DNA from: a virus
Taxonomy: Duplodnaviria; Caudoviricetes
Reading direction: 5' to 3' (one strand)
Length of the DNA: 45,313 nucleotides
IMG/VR virus record: IMGVR_UViG_3300029925_000049
Location: 1-45,313 of that record
The notes below the pieces were generated by a model that saw only the letters and a program-made list of their open reading frames with translations, was not told the origin of the DNA and ran no database searches. Every line of letters starts with the position of its first letter. The stretch's first letter is position 1. Below, piece by piece: positions 14,010-22,637 of the stretch. A program made the position numbers and the translations under genes.

Positions 14010-14038
14010 TTGACTCCAATATCATTCTCATCTATAAG
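14010..14038 (+). promoter_or_regulatory. sigma70 promoter
   Basis: GTG-TTGACT-17-TATAAG directly after the terminator. Confidence 0.65.
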
Positions 14039-14075
14039 GACAGTTCAAAGAACAGAACTCAACCCAAGAGGACCA

Positions 14076-14282
14076 ATGAAACTAACAATCCCCAAACCCT
14101 TAGCGATCATTTTGATGACCGCATTCGACATCCTTATGTGCTTGGTATTGCCAATGATTGCCAATGCTGGTACATTCGGACTTCTTGCAGCATTTGTTGT
14201 TGCAGCCCTTTTGATATGGGCCAATATATCAGTATTCAACTGGATCAATAGAGATCCAGTCCGAACCAAAATCAAGGAATAA
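14076..14282 (+). CDS. two-TM membrane protein
   Basis: GAGG SD; two hydrophobic helices. Confidence 0.7.
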   Translation: MKLTIPKPLAIILMTAFDILMCLVLPMIANAGTFGLLAAFVVAALLIWANISVFNWINRDPVRTKIKE

Positions 14283-14285
14283 CAC

Positions 14286-15239
14286 ATGATGAAGAAATTT
14301 TTATTTCCCCTTGTGCTTATGGCAATGGCCATTGGTGCGGTTGGTTGCGTCGAAAATGTCCCGGTGGGCCATGAGGGCGTATTGATCAACAAAACATCTG
14401 GTGACGGTGTGGTGAACGAAGAATTGGGTGTCGGTTGGCACTTTGTTTCGCCCAATCAGGAAATCGTATCGTTCTCACTTCGCGAACAAAATTATACTTG
14501 GGAACAAGGTGCGATTGCAACACGTGGTCGCGGCGACAATACCGAACGGTATTATGCCAATGATGAATCATTCCGTATGACAGATACTGACGGGCTTCAA
14601 ATTGGAATGGATGTTGGTATTCGTTTCCGAGTTGCGGCAGGTATGTCGTCTGATTTGGTGAGTCGTTTTGGTTACCAGCGCCTTAGTTCTGGACTTGAGC
14701 CGATTATTGACGGTCGAATTCGAAACAGTGTCCGGTCGGCAATGAACGATATTGTATCACAGATGACAGCCGAAGAAATTTACGGCTCTGGTCGAACTCA
14801 ACTTCTTGTTGATGTACAAAACCTTGTCTCATCAGAACTGGAAAATATTGGCCTGAGTGAGGTGCAACTTTATTGGGTTAGTGCGATCCGCATCCCCGAC
14901 GAAGTAACCACCCGAATTAACGCGAAGGTCAACGCTGAACAAGACGCTCTCACGCGAGAAAATCAGGTTGCGATTGCTGAAGCCCAAGCCCGGATCGATG
15001 TCGCTCGAGCGGACGGCGAGGCCAATGCGTTAATTGCACAGGCCCGCGGTGAAGCCGAATCCCGGTTGTTGATTGCTGAAGCCGAAGCTGCAGGCATCCG
15101 AATGTTGGGTGACGCCCTTCAGCGCAATCCCCGTGTTGTGGAACTTCGAGCAATCGAAGAATGGGATGGTAAACTTCCTGTAACGATGTTGGGTGGTGAC
15201 GGCGCTGTGCCATTCATCAATGTCCCGACCAGTAATTAA
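14286..15239 (+). CDS. SPFH/band-7 (prohibitin-like) lipoprotein
   Basis: Lipobox AVGC, VPVGHEGV, GWHFVSP, AEA-rich coiled coil, IEEWDGKLP. Confidence 0.9.
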   Translation: MMKKFLFPLVLMAMAIGAVGCVENVPVGHEGVLINKTSGDGVVNEELGVGWHFVSPNQEIVSFSLREQNYTWEQGAIATRGRGDNTERYYANDESFRMTDTDGLQIGMDVGIRFRVAAGMSSDLVSRFGYQRLSSGLEPIIDGRIRNSVRSAMNDIVSQMTAEEIYGSGRTQLLVDVQNLVSSELENIGLSEVQLYWVSAIRIPDEVTTRINAKVNAEQDALTRENQVAIAEAQARIDVARADGEANALIAQARGEAESRLLIAEAEAAGIRMLGDALQRNPRVVELRAIEEWDGKLPVTMLGGDGAVPFINVPTSN

Positions 15240-15253
15240 CAGTCCATAAAATC

Positions 15254-15284
15254 AAAAGGGGAGCTTTCCGGCTCCCCTTTTTTA
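15254..15284. terminator. bidirectional rho-independent terminator
   Basis: AAAAGGGGAGC-TTTCCG-GCTCCCCTTTTTT between convergent genes. Confidence 0.9.
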
Positions 15285-15342
15285 TTAAAAGATCACTAAG
15301 AATTTCTTCCGGGGTTTATTTTCGTCTTCCAGTCTATCAACC

Positions 15343-15627
15343 TTAGCTGATCCCGCTTGCGCCAATTCGGTATATAATAGTATTGGAGGCTTGTATTGCT
15401 GTACAATTAAGACGGTATAGGACATTCTTTTCGACTTCTTCTCCAATAGTCGATTTGTTGGCGGTGAAGGTGTCGGTCGTTTGCCACGTTGTTCCTTTAT
15501 CAAAAGACCGTTGCAACGATACCGTACCAGTCCCACTGAAAGTTAGGGATAGGTTGAAACGACGTAGAATATATGCTGTCGCGGATGTTCCGACTGCAGA
15601 AAAAGTTCCATTTATTTTTGTTGACAT
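15343..15627 (-). CDS. small beta-rich late (probable virion) protein
   Basis: AAGGA SD; GTVSLQRSFDKGTTW...LYRL; TATAAATA on the minus strand upstream. Confidence 0.78.
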   Translation of the reverse strand: MSTKINGTFSAVGTSATAYILRRFNLSLTFSGTGTVSLQRSFDKGTTWQTTDTFTANKSTIGEEVEKNVLYRLNCTAIQASNTIIYRIGASGIS

Positions 15628-15660
15628 TGGGTTTCCTTATAAGATCGATGCGTCCATAGT

Positions 15661-15668
15661 TATTTATA
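15661..15668 (-). promoter_or_regulatory. T4-type late promoter (minus strand)
   Basis: TATTTATA is the reverse complement of TATAAATA. Confidence 0.7.
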
Positions 15669-15696
15669 CAAAATGACCCTCCACGTCATTTTGTTG

Positions 15697-15741
15697 TTGA
15701 CTTTTAACATCGGTTATGTTATAATACCGATGTTAAAAGTC
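15697..15741 (+). promoter_or_regulatory. near-consensus sigma70 promoter embedded in a 16-bp perfect inverted repeat
   Basis: TTGACT-17-TATAAT; GACTTTTAACATCGGT / ACCGATGTTAAAAGTC. Confidence 0.85.
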
Positions 15742-15761
15742 TGAAATATTTAGGAAATAAA

Positions 15762-16091
15762 ATGAACGAACCGCCGTATACCGCCGAATTCATCATGGGC
15801 GCTTGGATATTAGACACCACGAAAAACTCTAACACAGAACTTGATTTGGATGCCTTAAAGGATACGCCCTTTTATGAAGGGCTTGTCACCATGGCTGAAT
15901 TTATTGAGCCCGTCATGTTAGACAGGGAATTGCGCCATGAATTCACACAGGCAAGATCTGATTTAATGGCCACAACATTGAAAAATATTGTAGAAGAATT
16001 TAAACACGACGATACCGCATCTGCGATAATTAATGGTCGACTAAAAGACCTTGCAGACGCCATAGAAAATTTAAAGCACATGATGCCGTAA
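15762..16091 (+). CDS. hypothetical protein
   Basis: AGGA SD, own promoter. Confidence 0.72.
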   Translation: MNEPPYTAEFIMGAWILDTTKNSNTELDLDALKDTPFYEGLVTMAEFIEPVMLDRELRHEFTQARSDLMATTLKNIVEEFKHDDTASAIINGRLKDLADAIENLKHMMP

Positions 16092-16103
16092 CCTTTGGCT
16101 TCT

Positions 16104-16139
16104 CTCTAGTATAAATAGATATACAACACACTAGAGGAA
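16104..16139 (+). promoter_or_regulatory. late promoter inside an SD-sequestering hairpin
   Basis: TATAAATA 16110-16117; CTCTAGT/ACTAGAG overlaps the GAGGA SD. Confidence 0.7.
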
Positions 16140-16147
16140 AAATAGGC

Positions 16148-16480
16148 ATGGATAAATTTTCAGAATTTACGACAGAATCTCTGTCCTTTATGGGCCGCAA
16201 GAATCTCGCCCGCGCCGCGAAGCGTCGTAAAGGTGCCCTTAAGGTTTCGAAGAAACGCGCCAAGCGAAGAACAGCCAGTCTAAAGACCTTGATTGTACGC
16301 ACACAGCGGCGTGCCCGCAGTGCTGTGGCGAAGAAATTCCTCCATGGCGTATCAAAGAGCAAACTTTCCCATGCCGCCAAGTCTCGCGTAGAAAGACAAG
16401 TCACGTCTCGGGAAGGTCTATTGAAGCAGTTACGCAAGAAGTTACTGCCAGCAACCCGAAAAGCTGATCGAAAGAAGTAA
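16148..16480 (+). CDS. very basic late protein
   Basis: MDKFSEFTTESLS...; Arg/Lys-rich. Confidence 0.75.
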   Translation: MDKFSEFTTESLSFMGRKNLARAAKRRKGALKVSKKRAKRRTASLKTLIVRTQRRARSAVAKKFLHGVSKSKLSHAAKSRVERQVTSREGLLKQLRKKLLPATRKADRKK

Positions 16481-16482
16481 TC

Positions 16483-17271
16483 ATGATTAAGTCGTTTTCC
16501 AAATTTATTGGGAATATGGAATCACCGGTGGCGATACCGCCGGTTAAATCTGCTGTGGTTGTCTGGGGAGAATTTAATCCTCCTACGCGCACACACGGGG
16601 AAATGTTAGAACGCGCCGAAGCGCACGCCAAATCAATCGGTGCTCATGTGTTTATATACACAACACCCCACAGAGACAATAAAAAACGACCATTGATATA
16701 CGAAGAAAAAATTAAATTCCTTCGTCGCGCCTTTCCGAGATTTGGGCGTGCTATCCAAATGGATGAAAATGTTAGATCGTCGCAAACAGCTTTGAATGTA
16801 CTTCGTGACCAAGGATACACCAAAATCGATTTCTTTAATCTTGGGGGTTCAAGTGAACTGAATCCGTCAGACCTAAACGAAGATTTTGTGGACGGATTTA
16901 AATACCATCAATGTCTCGTCAGGGAAGAGGAACGCTCACTGCGTAGATATGCCCTTGAGGAAGACTTTGGGTCATTTTTAAAAGCATCTCCATTCTCCAC
17001 AAGAGAAAAGAGTAAAGAACTCTACATCGCAACTAGAGACGGTCTGGGCTTGAATGAATCATCTTCTGATACCTTTCGACCTAAATTTGAGAAACGCGCC
17101 ACAGAAGACCGTGAGAGTTTCTATGAGAGTAGATTTTCCCCTAATGATAAAGTTCGTATCAAATCGACGAATGAAATAGTCACCGTTAAATCTGTGGGAT
17201 GTAATTATGTTGTTGTTGAACACAGTAACGGGCCAAAGACCAATCTTTGGCCTAGTCAGTTAACATATTAA
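16483..17271 (+). CDS. cytidylyltransferase-like (HxGH superfamily) T4-like phage protein
   Basis: GEFNPPTRTH (cf. GRFNPPTxGH), PLxYEEKIKFLRRAFP, C-terminal FxxNDKV...GCNYV segment. Confidence 0.7.
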   Translation: MIKSFSKFIGNMESPVAIPPVKSAVVVWGEFNPPTRTHGEMLERAEAHAKSIGAHVFIYTTPHRDNKKRPLIYEEKIKFLRRAFPRFGRAIQMDENVRSSQTALNVLRDQGYTKIDFFNLGGSSELNPSDLNEDFVDGFKYHQCLVREEERSLRRYALEEDFGSFLKASPFSTREKSKELYIATRDGLGLNESSSDTFRPKFEKRATEDRESFYESRFSPNDKVRIKSTNEIVTVKSVGCNYVVVEHSNGPKTNLWPSQLTY

Positions 17272-17347
17272 AAACCAAGATTTTTTTTTTTTTAATATAC
17301 AAGAGGAGTATAACCATGTCATATAACACTATCGGAATATTTACATA

Positions 17348-18610
17348 ATGTCGGTTCTTATTGGAAATGGTCGCATTACATCAGTTGCGACCGCAGCAGC
17401 TCTTGCAGTACTAAATAATACGGAGGTTAGGGTTCAGGTCCCATCTGATCTGGCCGGTACTCTGGATTCGTTAAAGGTTTATGTTATTGATGGAGACATC
17501 GATATGGGAACACAGGCTATTACGGTCCCCCAAGGCGGCCTGACACTTAAGGGATTTGGATTCAATCCATCGAAGCTGACCAGCTCTGCCAATAACTACA
17601 CAATGTTTATTGATGATGGTGTATTCTCGGGCGATATATTCATCACCGGCATGCAAATTTCTGTTACCGGCACAACTTCCAAGGTATTTGATCTGGACAA
17701 TGCCGAGAATGGCGATGCTATTGAGTTTGATACGGTCAACTTTCAAGATTGCACAAGCCTCGGAACTGTGAAATCATTCCGACAGGGCCTCGCCCAGAAT
17801 GTCGTACTATTTTACCCCGGTGGCGGTGGAGCCGCCACGGATGGGCTTACTTTCGACGGAATATGGTCGGGCGGATTCGCTATTCTGGACAGTATCATCC
17901 TTTCCGCCCCGGCAATTTCCCTGTTTAAGGCTGGCGCAACCCTATCGTTTCAAGGTTCGTTCCGCTCAAATCTCAATGCGCTCAGCATTAATGATTCGGC
18001 CGTTGTATTCGACTTTGTGACCGCAAACTTTGTGCAGGATTCTGGTTTCCTTCTGGAATCTGTCCGCACAAACAAAAATGCCAATGCCGTTCCGAATATA
18101 GCGGGCTCTGACCCCAAGTCGCAATTCCGTAACTGTTCTGGTATTCGGAACACATATCGGGGTGCGGGTTGGACAATCACCACTGCGGCGGCAACAGTTA
18201 TTGCGACTGTCAATACTCCGGTTGTGGTGGCAGGCACCACAACCTACGGATTCATCGAACACTTTACTCAGGCAGGAGACAATAACATAACATCCAATAC
18301 CGACGAAGCAATTGAGGTTGATGTTGCGGGTGCCGTTACGATTTCCGGCACCGAGGGTGAACAGCTTTCCATTCTCTTGCGAAAGTTTGACGATTCGACA
18401 TCATCCTACAGTACACTAGAAACATATATTGTATCCATAGTTGCCACGACCGGGGGGCGTGATCCGGGCGCAGAAAATGTTCCGCTCTTTGCCGAAACAA
18501 ATATGGACAAGAATGACCGCATCGAAATTTGGGTAGAGAATAACTCTACCACCGCCAATATCACTGCCGAGCTTGGAAGCCGCCTGAAGGTAACAGAACG
18601 TCCAAGTTAA
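17348..18610 (+). CDS. beta-rich Ala/Gly/Thr-rich probable virion (fibre/decoration) protein
   Basis: 420 aa; composition; C-terminal DRIEIWVEN beta-sandwich-like end; late region. Confidence 0.6.
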   Translation: MSVLIGNGRITSVATAAALAVLNNTEVRVQVPSDLAGTLDSLKVYVIDGDIDMGTQAITVPQGGLTLKGFGFNPSKLTSSANNYTMFIDDGVFSGDIFITGMQISVTGTTSKVFDLDNAENGDAIEFDTVNFQDCTSLGTVKSFRQGLAQNVVLFYPGGGGAATDGLTFDGIWSGGFAILDSIILSAPAISLFKAGATLSFQGSFRSNLNALSINDSAVVFDFVTANFVQDSGFLLESVRTNKNANAVPNIAGSDPKSQFRNCSGIRNTYRGAGWTITTAAATVIATVNTPVVVAGTTTYGFIEHFTQAGDNNITSNTDEAIEVDVAGAVTISGTEGEQLSILLRKFDDSTSSYSTLETYIVSIVATTGGRDPGAENVPLFAETNMDKNDRIEIWVENNSTTANITAELGSRLKVTERPS

Positions 18611-18621
18611 AACACAGAATA

Positions 18622-18629
18622 TATAAATA
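18622..18629 (+). promoter_or_regulatory. T4-type late promoter
   Basis: TATAAATA. Confidence 0.7.
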
Positions 18630-18656
18630 TCCGTAGGACGTAATTCTGGAAGCAAG

Positions 18657-18974
18657 ATGACCAAAGAAATAAAAGACCTACGGGAAGAATTAAGAGAAAA
18701 AACTACCAGACTGGAAGATCGAGTTGATCACCTGTCTGAAGTTTTAATTTCTATTGCGCGTCTTGATGAAAGATTCCTCAAAATGGAGGAACATCGGATC
18801 AAAGATTCAGAAGAGCGCCGCGAAATGTTGAAAGAGATACAGAGCATGAAAATCTCCGTGTCTCACAATACTGAACATGCCAAGTCGACCAGAAAACTAT
18901 TCTGGACGTTATTGACTGGTGTGGGCACTGTTGTTGTCATTGTCATTGCCGGTCTTGTTTTAAGCCTGACATAA
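18657..18974 (+). CDS. coiled-coil protein with C-terminal TM helix (XhlA/holin-like)
   Basis: LEDRVDHLSEVLISIARLDER; LFWTLLTGVGTVVVIVIAGLVL. Confidence 0.6.
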   Translation: MTKEIKDLREELREKTTRLEDRVDHLSEVLISIARLDERFLKMEEHRIKDSEERREMLKEIQSMKISVSHNTEHAKSTRKLFWTLLTGVGTVVVIVIAGLVLSLT

Positions 18975-18989
18975 TTTAAGAGGAATCAA

Positions 18990-19937
18990 ATGTACAAAAT
19001 CACACAAAAGGCGCTTGGTGGTGTCCCCATTGGTGCCAATTATGCGGAAGTGATCAGTGAGCGTAATGGCACAGTGACCGTCGCATTCTATATGGACGAA
19101 GAGAAGCTGATGGAACTTGGGGGCTCACACAATCGACAGGTTATGATGGATGAGGATTTCAAAGCTATGGTTGATCCCCGTCGTGCTGATCAGGACTCCC
19201 GCAAAGATGTTCCAATCGGACGTAACTTACCAGAGACTGAAAAAGCATTCATCGACATGCTGTCTGGCGACATTGTGGACGATGCAAACCAGACCGAACA
19301 TGAAGTTAATGTCAAGAAGCAAGCCAAATTGCCTGTAGGGCATGTGACTGGTTCACAAGTCCGGTCTGGTTCCGAAGTCAAAACAAAAATCCATGAAGGC
19401 CGCGGCGACACGTACAAGAAAGACGACATTGTGAAGGCGATGCTTGCCACCGATATCCGCGATCCCGATATTCGGTCCGTGCTTGTTCAACTTAGCGGTC
19501 AAGAAGTCTCTCGAAAAACATCTGCTATTGATGTTGAGGAAGCCTTTATTTTCGAAGCTGATGATGACGAAGAAATTCCTGATCAAAGACTCGGAGCAAA
19601 CCCCGAAAATTTTAATGGTGAGGATGAATCCCCCTCAGTAAAAATGGATTCAATCAAAGTGGGCATGCAGTGGGATCGTTTCCGCGAGTTAACCAAGCCT
19701 GTCCCTGTGAAACAAATAATAAACAACATCGAGCGTGGAACAGTCTTTCGGGAAGTTAAAACCAAAGGGCTGAGGCTTGTTTCCATTGAACAAAAGTCAA
19801 TCCGTAAGGCGACATATGTCAAGAGTCAGGAAAGTCTAACCCTAAAGTTTGACGACAATACTGAAACAACCTTCCAAAATATTGGAGATGGTCAAATTTT
19901 TGTGAGTGATGACCATCATTTTTACTATAACACTTAG
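18990..19937 (+). CDS. hypothetical late protein
   Basis: GAGG SD, 315 aa. Confidence 0.75.
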   Translation: MYKITQKALGGVPIGANYAEVISERNGTVTVAFYMDEEKLMELGGSHNRQVMMDEDFKAMVDPRRADQDSRKDVPIGRNLPETEKAFIDMLSGDIVDDANQTEHEVNVKKQAKLPVGHVTGSQVRSGSEVKTKIHEGRGDTYKKDDIVKAMLATDIRDPDIRSVLVQLSGQEVSRKTSAIDVEEAFIFEADDDEEIPDQRLGANPENFNGEDESPSVKMDSIKVGMQWDRFRELTKPVPVKQIINNIERGTVFREVKTKGLRLVSIEQKSIRKATYVKSQESLTLKFDDNTETTFQNIGDGQIFVSDDHHFYYNT

Positions 19938-19949
19938 GAGTAATTGAGT

Positions 19950-20459
19950 ATGAATAAAAATATCGTAAGGCCGAACTGGTTGGCTAAAGTCAATGCCGTG
20001 ATCAGCACTAAAGGCTGGCATGACCCCATCTCGTATGAGTTGTTGGCATCAAGTCGGTTTACTGTTGTGCAGGTCGCGCAATATCGCTCAGAGCATGAGG
20101 ATGGTGCACCGGCGACCCCTGTGATTATCCCGAATCCAATGCACGTACACGATACATCAAACAAGCCTGCCAAAGGTAAAGGCGGTACATCCACCGCTGC
20201 CCCTGTTCCTGCCGCCACCGCTGCCCCTGACCCGGTTACGGTACCACGCGGGACATCTTCAGCATCCATAAATATTGCGCCCCCAACCATTGACACCAAT
20301 CCCGCCCCGGTCGCACCCAATCTTTCGAACATGTCGACAAAACAATTAAAAGCTTTCTTGATTGTTGAGGGCATCGATCTGAAACTTGATGGTCGGATGA
20401 AACCCAAAGATGCCGAAAAATTGGTAATGAAAGCATGGCGACAGAATAACCCTGCCTAA
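19950..20459 (+). CDS. Pro/Ala-rich hypothetical late protein
   Basis: AGGAG SD; RPNWL..AVISTKGWHDP..ELL N-terminus; low-complexity linker. Confidence 0.72.
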   Translation: MNKNIVRPNWLAKVNAVISTKGWHDPISYELLASSRFTVVQVAQYRSEHEDGAPATPVIIPNPMHVHDTSNKPAKGKGGTSTAAPVPAATAAPDPVTVPRGTSSASINIAPPTIDTNPAPVAPNLSNMSTKQLKAFLIVEGIDLKLDGRMKPKDAEKLVMKAWRQNNPA

Positions 20460-20491
20460 ATAGTTGGAGATACCAACTACAGGGAAATACT

Positions 20492-20863
20492 ATGCGAGAA
20501 TTGACTGAACTAGATTCAGAAACATTCGTACTTTATGCCTACCGGCATTACAATAACCCGCAATGTGTCGGGGGTCTTGATGAATTTCATAATGACCTCC
20601 ACGCATTCAAGTACATAAAAAAGCTCGTCAATCGCTATCAGATAACTGGCGAACTTTCTTACCGTCTAATCTTGAACCATGTGATCCTGATATACAATGT
20701 ATTCGGAGTCGAAGCATCCAACATGATGATGGAATATAAAATGGAAAATGATCACTGGCCAGTTATAAAACCGTTCCTGATCTATCTGAATTACATTACA
20801 ACTAGCGATTACATCGAAATCCCCATGGATGAAGCTGTGATTGCTGCCCTAAGATCGATATGA
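20492..20863 (+). CDS. conserved T4-like phage hypothetical protein
   Basis: YAYRHYNNPQC..EFHNDL..FKYIKKL..RLILNHVILIYNVFG..IKPFLIYLNY. Confidence 0.85.
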   Translation: MRELTELDSETFVLYAYRHYNNPQCVGGLDEFHNDLHAFKYIKKLVNRYQITGELSYRLILNHVILIYNVFGVEASNMMMEYKMENDHWPVIKPFLIYLNYITTSDYIEIPMDEAVIAALRSI

Positions 20864-20864
20864 A

Positions 20865-22637
20865 ATGAATGATGAAGAATATAAAGAATTTATCCGCGAA
20901 ACGTTTATTAAGGAAAATGGCTTCCTTAATAACGCCCGCTGTAGTTCTCGCTGGTTAAGTTCCCGTCAGAGCATCAGCGCCGAACTTAACCAGCGAACCG
21001 ATTTTCTAGAATGTAAAACCCCCATTGGTGTGAGGGTCCATACCATAATTTCTGGTGTATACACAACCCCAATTTGTGTAGAATGTGAAACCCCCACAAC
21101 ATTTGACCGGGACGTAAATTGTTGGCGTAAATTTTGTAGTGCGGCTTGCTCAAACCGAAGCGATTCAACAAAAGCCAAGACCAGACAAACCTGCCTCAAA
21201 AAATACGGCACAGAATACGCCGCACAATCCAAAAAGTTTAAAGAAAAGAACCAACAAACCTGCCTCAAAAAATACGGCGTGAAAAACGCCATGCAGTCGG
21301 CAACAATTCGGAATAAAGTTGTACAAACCAAAGCAGCCCACACCCCCGCACAAAAACAAGCTTTCCGCGACAAACGCAGACAAACCTGCCTCGAAAAGTA
21401 TGGCGTAGAGTGCGCTTCCCAAACCAAAGCAACCCAAGATAAAATTGAGCAAACCTGCCTTGATCGGTACGGTGTTCGCCGACCAATGCAATCCAAAAAG
21501 TTTAAAGAAAAGAACCAACAAACCTGCCTTGATCGGTACGGTGTGAAATTTGCACTACAGTCAAAAACCGTCCGAATTAAAAGTATACAAACCAGCCTTG
21601 ATAATGGTGTGTATTTGGGCTGGGCCTTACGCGGCGACGAAATACGTGCGTTGGTGAAAACTGGTTGCTCTGCCCAAGATTTGGCTAACATGTTGGGATT
21701 TGCGACCACAAGTCCAATATATCTTTCGGTGCTCCCACACTTTGGCCTGACCTCCGAAGATTTGACTAATCCGTATGCATCGTCAAGCCCTGAAAATAGT
21801 CTTCTTGATTATGTGCAAGCCTTAAACGTCTGCGTTGTGTCAAACTCCCGAAGTATAATACCCCCCAAAGAAATCGATATTTTCGTTCCAGATATGAATA
21901 TAGGAATTGAGTTCAATGGTAGTTATTGGCATAGTTCAAAATTCACAACAACAAATTATCATAAAGAAAAAACAGAACTTGCTGAGACGCAAGGCGTCCA
22001 TTTAATTCATATTTACGAATGGGAATGGGACCAAAAGCCAGAAAAGGTTAAACAACTTCTTGATGGGTTATTTGTTGACCGGGAAACTATTGGTGCCCGT
22101 AAAACAAGTGTACACATTCCCACAAAAGCCGAAGCAAAATTATTTTTTAATCAACATCACTTTGACGGGCATAGAGGCGCGTCCGAGTATTACGGATTAC
22201 AGCATAATGGTGAGTGGGTCATGATGGCATCGTTTACCAAGGGGGAGCTTATTCGCTTGGCGTCGACGAAACGCGTATTGGGTGGGCTCAATAAAATACT
22301 AAATGCCACTGATTACGACGAAGTGATTTCATATGCCAATCGGTCAAGAACAAATCGTAACCACAACATATATTTGTCTTGTGGATTTAAAGAAGTTCGA
22401 ACCACAAAGCCCAATTATGTGTACGTGAAAAGCGGAAAAAAATTAAGCAGACACCAAGCAATGAAGCATAAACTTCCTAAATTATTGGGTGCTGATAAGT
22501 TTGATATAAATAACACTGAAGTAGAAAACATGCGGGCGAACAATTGGCTTCAAATCCATGATTCGGGCCAACTTGTGTACACGTGGAAACGTCCAAATAA
22601 AAGGAAGTCTAAAATTGTCCCTGATTCAAAATCCTAA
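20865..22637 (+). mobile_element. Hef-like homing endonuclease with TCLxxYG repeats
   Basis: Zn knuckle CVEC..CSAAC, five QTCL[KED][KR]YG repeats, EIDIFVP..GIEFNGSYWHS PD-(D/E)XK domain, C-terminal ELIRLAS..ISYANRS domain. Confidence 0.85.

Noticed and set aside
17231-17293. Terminator formed by the GGCCAAAGA/TCTTTGGCC hairpin and the T13 run
   Set aside because: The hairpin is inside the coding sequence and 28 nt away from the T run.
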